A DNA stretch of 64,000 nt from Eledone cirrhosa. Taxonomy: Eukaryota. The notes below the pieces were generated by a model that worked only from the letters and a program-made list of their open reading frames with translations, did no database searches and was not told the origin of the DNA. Position 1 is the first letter of the stretch; every line of letters begins with the position of its first letter. Position numbers and translations under genes: made by a program. The stretch spans positions 117,242,001 through 117,306,000 of the forward strand of contig OZ024743.1 of NCBI GenBank assembly GCA_964016885.1, in the 5' to 3' direction. Of this stretch, positions 51,163-64,000 are shown in pieces.

Positions 51163-54100
51163 TTTCATTTATTGGCCACAAGGGCCGACATATAGCGGAC
51201 AATACAAAAGACTGGGACAGTGGGGTTTTACAGAAAAATCGAGTAAACAATATGAATCACAATAACAAAGTAACAAGAAAATTACAGCAAGAAAAAATTC
51301 CCCAATAGGGGGCATGACCACCCAGGGTTCGCTCAGGTACTCCACCAATCATGAACGACCCGACGCTTCGAGAGCACCCTGGAAGGGCACCCCTCTCCTC
51401 CTCAAATTTACCTACCTACAGCCGCATGACCAGACTCACACGGGCCATTCTCGCCACATACACCCACCTTTCAGCAAATGTACTGGAAGGCAGCACTTCT
51501 CTCTCCACCCTCACCTTCCTTTCCAAGTGAAACTTGAACATGTTGATGAGGGATTGGCCGAAGAGAAAAGTGTCTATCTTCAGTCCTTTCAACCTCGTCC
51601 ACCATACAACCTCTTACGCTACTGCCACCAGACAGGAAAATTGCCTGCCCTTCCTGGCCAAAAGAAGGCGGCGGGTCGATCTTCACTATGGACTCGGCAG
51701 ATAGCCGGATCCGTTCTACACGCGACAACAGCTGTTCAACATAACTCCACAAGTCAGTAATGCAAGGATACTGGACGGATGCGTGCAGAACGGTTTCGTC
51801 GCTCTGCGCGCATCTCGGGCAGGTCCGTCTGACAGCACTTCTGGGCCTGTAGAGTTAATCTCGAACCGGCAGTGCCCCCCCGGTAGCACTGCCAAGCAGG
51901 GATTTCTGGAAATTGTCCATCGTCCCCGGCACGAAAGTCCTCCGGTACAGACTGGTTAGTTCGACTTCGTTGACTCCCAGAGCCTCTCCGAGTGCGTCGT
52001 CGCACTTGCCCACCACTAATCCTCTATAGAACTCGAGAGTGGAAGTTGATGAGTGGAAGTAGATGACGGACGCGATGTACGCGTTTGCCACCTCCGCCTG
52101 ACCTTTCAGTGATAGCTTCATCCCAGCCCAATGCTGGGTGAGACTGGCTACCCTGCCCGTCACCTCGTCCCAATTCTTATCCACCTGGAGGTCTGGCCCG
52201 AACCAAACACCAAGCTACTTTACTGGTCCGTCCGTCCAGCGCCTAACGACGCTTATGGACGACATGGACTTGCCTCTCCAGATGCCGAGTTGCAAGCCCA
52301 CCGACTTTTCCGGGTTAAGTTTTGCTCCCGTCAACCTTTCATATTCCTCCAATAAGTTGCCGACCACCTCAATTTCTGAGGTGTCCGACACCATCACGCT
52401 GATGTCGTCCGCATAAGCCGACACAGCCTTTCCGCGTCCCGGTTCGAGCGGGATGCCCTGCAACAGCTCCAGCTTCCGCAGTAAAGGCTCGAGAGTCAAT
52501 ACGTACAGAAGGGAGGAGAGAAGGCGCCCTTGACGGACCGATAGGGTGACCTGAAACGGTTTAGAGAGGTGGCCATTAATTTTGACCATCGAGCAGGTGC
52601 CGCTGTGCATTGCTGCGATCCAGCTTCTGAAGACGGGACCGAAGCCAGCCGCCTTGAGGACAGCCTCCAGATACAGATGGTCGAACTATCGAATGCTTTC
52701 GATTGATCTAAATTGATCAGAGCCCCACCGAAGCCAGATTTACACCCTACCCTCTCTATGATGTATCGCATTAGGTGGAGGTTGTCGTGTATGGACCTGG
52801 TTGGGATTTCGCAATTTTGCGCCTCCCCAACCAAATCCCCGATGACAAGTGCCAACCTCTTCGCTAACACCCTGGCCAAAATCTTAAACTCTGTTTTGAG
52901 CAGAGTTATGGGCCTGAAATTGTATAAAGTATCCCTCTTGTTCTCGTTTTTCCTTATCAGCGCCACTACGCCCCGGCTCACAGAACTAGGAATGCTCCTA
53001 TTCTGCTGCCAGTTGCAGTAGAGCGCTTCGAAGAGTTTGGAGAACAAGTCTAGCATATTTACGTAAAGCTCGTGGGACAGACCATCCAAACTGGGTGACT
53101 TGCGCTTCATGCAGCCGACAAGGGCATCCTGAATTTCGGCTGAAGTAATCGGCCTTTCGCAGCACCCAGCATCGGCCGTCGAGAGTTGCGGCAAGCCATT
53201 GAGGTAGGGACTGAAATCCGCCACTGTCGCTGACCCGCCACTTCCCCCGAACAACCGAGCTAAATGTTTGCGAAAGGCCTCACACATCCGCTTGGAACCG
53301 CTCAGCTCATGTCCATCTCGGTCCGTCAAAGACCGAATCGTTGTTTTATTACCACGCTGCGCCTCTGCCACGCGGGCCCATCGAACAGGTTTGGTTCCCT
53401 CGTTTCTCAGAGCACGCGCCTTAGCTCTGACAATGCAACATTCGTGTTTCGCATTGAAGAAATGGTCTAATGCCATTCTCGCCACTAGCACGTTAGTTGC
53501 AATGCCACTACCAATAGCCTCGTCTAACTTATCTACCAACTCCCTCTCCTTTCTATTTTTCTCTAACACTACTTCTTTGCTAAACTCTATCGACTTTACC
53601 CTAATCTCTCTTTTGAGAGCCCCTCACCATCTATTGTTGACGACTCCCCTGTCAACCTTTTCTTAACTAAATTGTTGACCTGGTCCCTGTAAGCCTTGCG
53701 TGCCGGAAATGACATGTTGAGCTTCCAGTATCCAGGTTCTAACCTATGCGTCTTATCTAGGTCTACCACCCAGATCACAAACTTGTGATCTGAATAGGCA
53801 ACCCTTTTAAAACGTGGACAGCTTACACTATTTCTGTCTATTTTCCTAATGAATATCCTGTCTATATACGATCTAGAAGACTCTATGCGGTTATCTAGGT
53901 CCACACTGGCGAATTCGGGATATCTGGTCGGTACCTGTCAGACAGTTGGAACTGGCTGATCAGGTACTTGCGCTTTTGCACCCTCCGATCCTATCGGATA
54001 CTCCCACACAGTCCCAGCGTGCGTCTAAGATGCCGTTCCAGTCCCCCGCTAAGAGTAAAGGGTGAGGCGTACCCAGAAAGGCTTCCAGGCGTCTAAAGAA

Positions 54101-54472
54101 GTCCGGCCGTCCTGCCCCAGTAGGGGCGTATACGTCCACCAGTCTAAAGGCACCAACTTCGTTATTGTTCACGTCCAGGACCACCAAATTCCAGTCCGCG
54201 TCCCGGAAGTTCGACCTTACCTCGAGATCCAGGCCTTTCCTAAACAGCCCTGCCATCCCGCCTCCCATTCCCAGCCGACTAACAGATGCAAAGATCTGAT
54301 AGTCGTCAAAATTGGGGGCTAGTGCGCGCGTGTCAGAAATCCTGGTCTCGCTGACGGCAATTGCATCCATTTCTAGAGACCTGAGGTCGTTGAGCAGGTG
54401 GACCTGCTTCCAGGACGATCCCAGGTCTCGAACATTTAAACTTCCTACTCTTAATACGGCCATGTTGGCAGA
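51161..54472 (-). mobile_element. Tx1/L1-type LINE, copy 4: ORF2 plus 3'UTR only, decayed
   Basis: MAVLRVGSLNVRDLGSSWKQ, GDWN, YSDHK, NFRPITLL, DQSKAFD and YADD. There is an internal deletion at about 52055 and an (ATT)n tail at 51123-51160. Confidence 0.9.
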
Positions 54473-54473
54473 T

Positions 54474-54640
54474 TAAAATAAAGTACCAGTAATGCACTGG
54501 GTAATTGCTGGCCTTGTGCCTAAAGTAGAAACAATTATTTGAATTGACTTTGCCTTTCATCCTTACGGGTTCGATAAAATAAAGTACCAGTAGTGCACTG
54601 GATAATTGCTGGCCTTGTGCTAAAAGTAGAAACAATTATT
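54474..54640 (+). mobile_element. Two partial SINE copies in tandem
   Basis: SINE 3' halves ending GGCCTTGTGC..AAAGTAGAAACAATTATT. Confidence 0.8.
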
Positions 54641-55378
54641 TGAAGAAAAGAAACAGACATAGATCGGAAAACACAGTTTATTTCGGGGGATAAGTTCTGT
54701 TTAATCAAAAATCCGACTAATTATTATGCAATCATCTCTGTGGCAGAAGATGTGAAGGGTGCATATATATTTTTAAATATTTCCCCAATACAATTTTCTT
54801 TTTTTTACATTTTGGTCGATTGTGGTTAAATTTCAGATTTTGAAAGGGAAATGGACAGTTGAAAGATCACTTCTCTCTCCCACCACCACATTCACAGTAG
54901 GGAGCCAATATTCACACCAGTAAATCCCCAATCTATTTTTAGACGACTGTCACTGACTGCTACCTACCTCCCTTCTCAGTGTCTAATGTGTGGCTATATA
55001 TATATGTGTGTATATACATACGTGTGTATAAGTATGTACGTGTGAATGCATATTTATGTATGTGTATGTAGCCCACATAAAGAACAACAAAGGGGTAAAA
55101 AAAGAAAAAAAAAGAATACTAGCACCTCATTTACACCTCAAAATCAAGATAGACAGAAAATAACATCGGAGAAGCAACTCCTATAAGCTACAATGTCACC
55201 CTACCCACTACCACTCCCAGCACCCCACCCCCAGCATTAATCTCCCTGCCACCACCACCAACACCACTCACACTACAAGAACAGTTGAGAAAATTCTCGT
55301 ACACCTCTTACAGCTGCAACCATAGCAGTATCACCTCAATCAACAACAGCAATGACTATAACTATACTGTTATAATAG

Positions 55379-55552
55379 TAATAATTGTTTCTACTTTAGG
55401 CACAAGGCCAGCAATAACCCAGTGCGTTACTGGTACTTTATTTTATCGACCCCGTAAGGATGAAAGGCAAAGTACACCTCGGCGGGATTTGAACTCAGAT
55501 CGTAAAGGGACGTAACTATGCAGGAAAGCATGGTGTCCGACCCTCTACCGAC
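55379..55552 (-). mobile_element. SINE copy
   Basis: Matches the family consensus. Confidence 0.85.
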
Positions 55553-57965
55553 AATGATCTCAGTGCCAGCCAGCAAATGCACTACCCAAAGAGCCGGGCA
55601 ACTTTCCATGTACGTCCAATACCATGCGTAACGCAAGCATGTACTGCGAGATGAACAAATGAAAATTAATACACGATACTAAATCGCTTTTCCTATGGTA
55701 AATCAGGAAGCGCGTCCCTCGGGAAGGTGCCAACCTGAGATCGAAAAGTCCACCTCTGGCACAAACTCTTCTCCAATTATGGACCTGGACTGTCACTTGA
55801 TCGGGGATTGCCCCAGCTCGAGCCCTCCAGATCCACCACCCAAACCACCTCAAAAAGAAAACCTAAAAGGATGAAATGAACCCAAGAGTATAAAGAAGTA
55901 ATATATGCATATTACTATGCATTAGGTAAGCCATCACAAGACAGACGCACTTTAAACTCCTACAAAATCTGGAAAACTCGGAATCAAGCTAGCAGACGTG
56001 ATATGGATGGAAATAAGATGAAAATAATTGTAAGGAGGTATATCTTCAGAAATAATAGACTCACAGACACGGAACAAACTGCGATCAAGCAGGCTGTGGA
56101 GAATGATATAAATATAAATGATGAAAGAACTGAAGAATCTCCTGGAGATAGTAACCAGTCACAAGTCTTTACTGAAAGACCTCCATCTGACCAAATCACA
56201 AATAAGTTTGTAGAAATGATAAGCCCTATTGAACCCGCTGAAAATAGCCAGGAGAGGGACTTAGAAACAGTAATTGAAAACGAAACATCTGCTGAAGAAC
56301 ACAGGGAGACTATGAAGGAATTAAAGCAAAAAATACTGAATGAGCTTGCAGTAGTAAGACATTCTAGTATAAATGATAGAGAACCACTTCAAATCTCCCA
56401 AATACAATCCAAAATAGAAAACAAATAATGATTGGTAATTCTGTGACAAAAGAAATCATAGAAGAACTAGAATCTAATCTTACTGAGTTAAATTAAATCA
56501 TTTATGCATCTGCTAGAGTAATTGAAACAAGTTGTTTACCACCAAAAAAAAAAAAGAAAAAAAAAGTTCAACCTTTGAGGTAAACCAATTTGGAGGAGTA
56601 GAATCGAAAAGGAGATTGCCGTAATGAGGGGAGAAATATATTATTGAGCGAGTTAACCGCTGGAAATGATATAAGATCCAAGAAGGTAAGAAAGCTAAGG
56701 AGAAAATCTTCTAGAGAAGCAATAGTTTCAACAAAAGGATCTCTGAAACAAAAATCCAAGTAAAAGCCCAATGAAGCGAAACAACTTCTTCAGGCAAAAT
56801 AAGTTGTTCTTATCCAATGCCAAGTCATTTTATAGAGAAGTAGGGAAGTAAGATTTGGAGTGATGAGAAGACATATAATGCTAATATAGATTGGATTAGA
56901 CGCCTGGATAGATCCTACACAAATTTAGAAGAACAGGCGTTGGAAGACATCTCTATAGCGGACTTAAGGGCAGCACTCAATAAATCTCATAAATGGAAAT
57001 CTCCTGGTAGAGACAAGGTGCACAATTTCTGGCTTTCCTCACTCCCGTGCACTCACAATATATTGGTCAAGCTGTTTAATTGAATTATGAAAGATCCAAA
57101 AAATACACCTGATTGGATATCATGTGGCATTACCTACCTTCTACCAAAGAACAACGAAACCTGAGATCCAAAAAACTATCAGCCCATAACCTGCTTGTCC
57201 ACCACTAATAAACTATTCTCATGGGAAAAGCATACGTGTTTTTGGAGGAGAACAATCTTTTCCCCATTGGACAAAAAGGGTGCCGACGAGGTTCATATGG
57301 TTGCAAAGATCAACCTTTGATTAATCGTATGATCCTTGAGAACTGTCATCATGAACTCAGAAATCTCAGTTCTTCATGGATCGATTATAAAAAAGCCTTT
57401 GACAGTATACCACACTCATGGATTCTGAAATCACTGGACATCTTCAAAATCTCACCTGTGATCTCAGACATCCTGAAACACAATATGTCCTTATGGAACA
57501 CAAATTTCCAATTATCTCATTCCACTGGGGTACTGTGCTCTAGGAATATAAACATCAACTGTGGTATATTTCAGGGTGACTCACTTTCACCCTTGCTTTT
57601 CTGCATAGCTTTAATACACCTTACTTCCGAACTTAATAGAACAGGGTACGGTTATAGAATTGACAACAAAAAAATAAGCCATCTATTTTATATGGATGAT
57701 TTGAAGCTATATTGCAAAGATAATGACGAAGTGGAAGGCTTTTTGCGGACAATAAAAACGTTTAGCGATGACATCAGGATGGAGTTTGGACTTGACGTGT
57801 GTGCAAAAGCCACTTTCAAGAAGGGGAAGCTTGTCAACTCAGACTCAGTTGAATTGGATGTTGAAACAATCATAAAGGAACTTGAGCAGGAACAAACCTA
57901 TAAATACAGCATGCAAGTATGAAAGAGAGGAAAAGGAAAGAATGTTACAAGAGAGTACGTTTATA
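55553..57965 (+). mobile_element. R4/Dong-type LINE, N-terminal region plus RT, 3'-truncated and decayed
   Basis: KWKSPGRD, QKGCRRGSYGCKDQ, WIDYKKAFDSIPHSW, QGDSLSPLLFC, HLFYMDDLKLY and EFGLDVCA. The left boundary is approximate. Confidence 0.85.
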
Positions 57966-58397
57966 GATATGCAGGGGGATCGAATCTAAGACCTAATGAT
58001 TACAAGGTGAGATTCTTAACTATTTTGTCATGTTGCAGCCACTGAAGGAATTGGAAATCTATATCTAATGATCAATATTTCTCAGACTTGCTGGAAAATA
58101 AATCGTACTTAGCGCTGCTCCTTTTTTTCGTATGAATAATATATGAAAAGCCTTCCCGCCAAAAGCAATATACGGTCTATGTGATCTAGACTGGTAAAAT
58201 TTGTTAACAAAATACTTATTTCATTAAAATAGTAATTTATGGAATCTGTATAAGGAAGCAATTCAAAATAGAGGGTTTTTTTTAAAACTAGAAACGTAAT
58301 AAAAGCACATTAATCTGGATAGGATCTGCACCAGCCACCTCGGTCAGTACTACGCTGAATTATAAGAAATAACATCTTTCATGAAGTTATTATTAAG

Positions 58398-58569
58398 GAT
58401 CGGACCCCATGCTTTGCAGCATAGAGTTACTCGCCTTTATGGTCTGAGTTCAAATCCCGCCGAGGTTAACTTTGCCTTTCATCCTTACGGGGTCGATAAA
58501 ATAAAGCAGCAGTAATGCACTGGGGTAATTGCTGGCCTCCTGCCAAACGTAGAAACAATTATTATTATT
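58398..58569 (+). mobile_element. SINE copy
   Basis: B box, conserved body and ATT tail. Confidence 0.85.
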
Positions 58570-59287
58570 GTCCTTTTATTTTTCTGTAGGGAATAGATAT
58601 ATTCGATTGATTATGACTTCATATCCGATGAGATACAGAGAAGATTTCTAGCTGGCTTGATCTTGTTTGTGATGTTAGGTGGGAGCTTGGGTTGATGATG
58701 ATTATGATGTTGATATTGATAGTAATGGCAGTGATGGTAGTGATAATACTGTTGATGGTAGTCATGATATTATGTGCTGAAGAAGCAGCAACAGTAGCAG
58801 TAGTAGTAGTAGTAGTAGCAGCAGCAGTAGTAGTAGTAGGAGTATGAGGAGTAGGAGGGGGAGGTGGAGGTGTACTACACTAGACCAAAAGTAAATGCTG
58901 CATAGGCATTTATCTGGCGTTCAACTGTCTCAGTCAGCAAAATAAACTATCGCCACCACCACCACCACTGCCACCATTACCACATCTTATAAACAGAATA
59001 TAATGTCTATATCAAGTAATTTAGCTCTAGAGAAAATATTCCGTATTGCTGGCTAGGCTGGAATTAAAAGTGAAAGTAAAAGGAAATCTCAGATGTTAAA
59101 CAGGACGAAACCATCTCCGTCAACTCCATTCTATAGAGTAAGGAGGAAAAACCTGTCCATCGACTCCACTCTGTAGAGTAATGTAACTTTACTGATTACG
59201 CTATATTGACATCGTTATGAAAGGAATATTGATTACACTTCAGTTTATAAAGAACGAAAGCCAGACAGACAGACATATATATATATA

Positions 59288-59318
<31 letters not shown>

Positions 59319-59521
59319 ATATATATAGAGAGAGAGAGAGAAAGATAGCTATATTTATAGATAGATATATAGATAGATAAATAGATAGATAGAATGATAG
59401 AGTGAAACTACATTTGTTACCAATGCAGTCCAGTCAAGTTAGCTGAGTCCACTTCTGTCCCGATCCAGTCTACCGCGTCCTTTTTTTCCTGATTCTCTTT
59501 CTTACAAACATATTCACATTG

Positions 59522-59552
<31 letters not shown>

Positions 59553-59651
59553 CTTCTTCTTCTTCTTCTTCTTCTAATACGACTACTACTACTACTACTT
59601 TTTCTTTTTCTTCTTCTCCCACCACCACAACCCCATACAAAAACAACAATA

Positions 59652-59725
<74 letters not shown>

Positions 59726-59974
59726 TACTACTAGAATTATCACGATTATCATTAACAGTATTAATATTGTGATCGCTATCACCACTACCATCAACATCAG
59801 CATCATAAACATCACAACCACCACAACGACCCTCACCCCAGGAGCCTCCACCACCATGTCCACTCCTCTTACTATAACGACTAACATGGTTATCACCACC
59901 AACACAACCACTACCTATACCGTCTTCTATAACCAATACCCACACCACCACAACCTCCTTCGCCTTCTCCAATA

Positions 59975-61185
59975 TTATCCCCAACTATTATTTACCACCA
60001 CCATCACTGGCACACTACCACCAATATTAACCACTGCAACCACCACCCTCACCACCACCGCAGCAGCAGCCACACCCACCACTGCCACACACGCCGCCAC
60101 CACCACACATAGCACCACCACACCCAGCACCACCACACACGCCACCGCCACAACCACCACCGCCACACACGCCACCACCACACCCACCACCGCCACACAC
60201 GCCACATCCACAAACACCGCCGTCACACACGTCACCACCACACCCACCACCGCCACACCCACCACCACCACACCCACCACCGCCACACCCACCACCACCA
60301 CACACACCACCACCACCATACACACCACAGCCACACCCATCACCGCCACAACCACCACATCCATCACAAGTCAAACCGCACCACCACCACACCCATCCCC
60401 ACCATACCCACCACCGCCACTACGATCACAGCCACCACAAGCCCAACCACGCCACCACAACACCGCACCACCACCACCACACCCACTACCGCCACTACCA
60501 ACACGCCACAACCATCGCCACCACCACAACCCCCACTACCACCACCACTACCAACACCGCCACAGCCACCACCGCCACCACCACCACCGCCACTACCACC
60601 ACAGCCATCACAAGTCCAACCACCACCACAACACCCACCACCACATCCACCACCACCACAGCCACTACCGCCACTACCAACACCGCCACAATCATCACCA
60701 CCACCACAACCCCCACTACCACCACGCCATTACCAACACCGCCACAACCATCGCCACCACCACAACCGCCACTACCACCACAGCCACCACAAGTCCAACC
60801 ACCACCACAACACCCACCACCATCACACCCACTACCGCCACTACCAACACCGCCACCACCACCACCACCACCGCCACTACCACCACAGCCACCACAAGTC
60901 CAAACACGCCACCACAACACCCACCACCACCACCACAACAACACCCACTACCGCCACTACCACCGCCACTACCACCGCCACTACCACCACAAGTCCAAAC
61001 ACGCCACCACAACACCCACCACCACCACCACAACAACACCCACTACCGCCACTACCAACACCGCCACAACCATCACAACCCCCCACCACCACCACCACCA
61101 CCGTCACTACCACCACCGCCACAGCCATCGCCACCACCACCACCACCACCACCACCACTACTACCACCACAAGTCCAACCACCAC
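59975..61185. repeat. (CCA)n-derived degenerate minisatellite
   Basis: Recurring CACAAGTCCAA..CCACCACAACACCCACC units within a CCA-rich tract. Confidence 0.85.
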
Positions 61186-61569
61186 TTCTGCCAATACAAT
61201 GATTATCGTCAGCAGCCGGCTGTGACGCCAAGACACTATAGGATTTATTTCTACAATAGCTCAGCATTTTTGCAATTAGGATTGATTGTGGAGTAGAGAG
61301 TCAACCTTTAATGACGTGGCCATTCAGTTGGTAATTACAACTCTTCACCAAAACAATTCCATAAATAGAAGTCGGAATATACAAGGAGTTGAGTTGTACG
61401 GCGTAATTAAGAGTTTTATTATACGTTTGTTTATCTCTGCATACCCACACTAACATATACACACACACACACACACATATATACTTGTATTTATATATGT
61501 GCATAGATATTAAGACACACGCACACACACACTAAGACACACACACATACACTCGCACACACACACACA

Positions 61570-61627
<58 letters not shown>

Positions 61628-61740
61628 TATATATATATATGTATAAAATACATCTAAGTAAATATATGTATATATATATATTTATATATATATATATTTT
61701 TTCACATACATGTGCGTGTGTGCATACATACATAGATACA

Positions 61741-62602
61741 TGATGATGGCTGCCCCCTCGTTATCGAGTATGGCCATTGCACGATATACCGTTATTAATA
61801 ATTATTAATTAATTCTATCATGCAATGCCTGTGCGTGAAGATTATTTTTAGAGTGAGGAAAGTCTGTGCACTGAGCCAAACCCACTCTCTGAGCGACAGT
61901 AGCTATAGCACGAAAAGAAGAAAAGCCCAACATCATCAGTAACTACTGAGCCGCAGGTTTTATGTCGGAGTTATCCCAGTTTCCTGAGATGCCTTCTCCT
62001 AGAAGAATGCCCTGACAAATGGGGTCCTTCACTCTCAGTGGTTTAACAACGCGATCGGGTATCAATCCTGACTATTTCTATGTCCCCGCGCATATACATA
62101 CATATGTACATGTGTATATACATATTTACACTTTTTTGGATGGCCGTTGATTCTTATGAGTCCTAGCGCCTATACATATTCTCCTAGAATTCTGCCTTGA
62201 CAAAGGCTAAGGGGTCATCTCTCCCGGTGATTTTCGATGGCCATTGACTCTTAAGAGCTCCTTTGCCGTTTGACAGGTTTTGTTTTTAGTCATGCAGGAT
62301 GTCCAAAGTCACCCTGCTCACCAAGAAACCTTGGTGGGGTTGCCAGTTTAGTCGCCAACGACGCGACCATGAGACAGGTTGTACATACATACATACATAC
62401 ATACATACATACATACATACATACATACATACATACATACACACATACACACATACATACATACATACATACATACATGATGATGATGGCTGCCCCCTCA
62501 TTATCGAGTTAGGCCATTGCACGATATACCATTATTAATAATTATTAATTAATTCTATCGTGCAATGCCTGTGCGTGAAGATATCTTTTAAAGTGAGGAA
62601 AG
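61741..62602 (-). mobile_element. Two copies (61741-61862 and 62481-62602) of the 3' end of an RTE-related non-autonomous element
   Basis: A 122-bp direct repeat, each copy next to (TACA)n. The minus strand ends CTCGATAA(C/T)GAGGGGGCAGCCATCATCA. Confidence 0.65.
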
Positions 62603-63710
62603 ATTGTCATTCTCACTCCTTCCCGCAATTCCTATCTCTCTCACTTTCTCCCACATCTCTCTCCGTCCCTGTTTCTGCTAACACTCCATTTTAAATCGTC
62701 TCGTTTTAAAAGTTCAATTATACTATTATCTAATTATATATTTGAATATTATTACCATAACGCAGCACAAAATAACAGAGGGTTTATAGAACGGTTAATG
62801 CATCTGATGAAACGCATTGCAGTATCTCGTTACTGCCTTCTACACTATAGTTTCAAATACTGCCGATATAAACTTTGTCGTCTGTGATCGATAATATAAA
62901 GTAAAGGCTCGTTATTATCGATCTTCCTCCCGCACAAGTGTTGGGAATCTTTGCCAAAATTAGAAACCGTTATTATAAGGTAGTATAACATCAGAGTTTC
63001 GGAAGAAATGTTTTGTGAAGTTCGATAAAATAATATACCAGTCAATTACTCAACTTGTATGCCATAAGATAACATTTGAAGTTAGACAAAATAATAATAT
63101 TTAAATGAAACACAAAAGGAAAGAAAGAAAGAGAATGAAGCAGCGAAGGAAAGAGAGAGAGGAAAGGGAGACTAACTCTACACAGCAGTATAGGTGATGA
63201 TTCGGCTTTGCCCTGCAGACAGAATGGCGAAAGCGTCGCCACGGAGAATTTCCAGGGACGCTCGCTGTACAGCCTCCCCATCTTACGGAGCTCCTTCCTC
63301 AGGCGAGGTACTGTCTTTCCGATTTTGCAGATAAAATCACCAGTGCGGGTACCATGGACGCCAGAGGCTTCGTCGGCGACAGTTAGGAAAAGCAAGAGGT
63401 CGGACATATCTCGATATTTGTTTATATTTCTCTCCTCGTCCATGTAGTCAATTATTTCCTCCACTCAAATCCATAGCATTGTGCCTATATAAGTCCAAGT
63501 ATAGAAATCACGGCCATACGTTCATGCGCTTAAGAGCCACGGATCTGTGCGCAACAGAAAAAAAATCTGAATGAGGGGAATAGAAGAACGTGAAATAAAG
63601 CGTGTTACTCAAGAACACAACTTACCGCTCGGAACAAAACACATTAGTTTGCGTTCCTGTGACGAACACACAATCCAATCTCTCAAGCGCCTTCACACAC
63701 ACATACACAC

Positions 63711-63761
<51 letters not shown>

Positions 63762-64000
63762 GCAGGGTGGGGGTGGGGCTGTGTACGTATGTATGTAATG
63801 TATGTTTGTTGATAGGTTTGTTTACACTTAACCAGCGCGAGTCCCATTTGATATCACATAAATTTGTCGGAAGTTTGTTCCCTGATAAAACAATACTGAT
63901 TCCTCACCATGATTGTTGTACTGCTCCGGATATCTTTCAGTGATCTGTCCAAGGTCTCCAATTCGTGTCTGTGCGCCATTGTGCATTCAACCTTCCGAAT

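Noticed and set aside
59769-61202. 477-aa Thr/His/Pro ORF (mucin-like or Gly-rich on the reverse strand)
   Set aside because: Composition drifts between frames within a CCA repeat, which indicates low-complexity DNA rather than coding sequence.
62800-62830. CTGATGA hammerhead core, with similar partial motifs near 5533, 6500 and 12743
   Set aside because: No matching stem II, GAAA and stem III arrangement.

Overview
AT-rich, microsatellite-dense animal DNA. The SINE, LINE and microsatellite mix suggests a cephalopod (octopus-like) genome, which is an inference. No host protein-coding gene is clearly supported. The centrepiece (13782-30679, minus strand) is a head-to-tail array of three 5'-complete Tx1/L1-type non-LTR retrotransposons. 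Each begins directly after the (ATT)n tail of the previous element, the first after a SINE tail, and they decay in order from an uninterrupted 1139-aa ORF2 to a heavily broken copy. Further copies of the family lie at 32.3-33.5 kb and 51.2-54.5 kb. Four LINE copies, one 3' remnant and an abundant tRNA-like SINE end in a stem-loop with an invariant CUUGU loop and covarying stems, which suggests a LINE-SINE partnership that targets (ATT)n. The first 13 kb holds a Penelope-like element (RT plus GIY-YIG), long inverted repeats and six hammerhead-ribozyme motifs, three of them with the compensatory U3:A8 core. The rest consists of RTE, R4/Dong, Tc1/mariner and hAT relics plus simple repeats.
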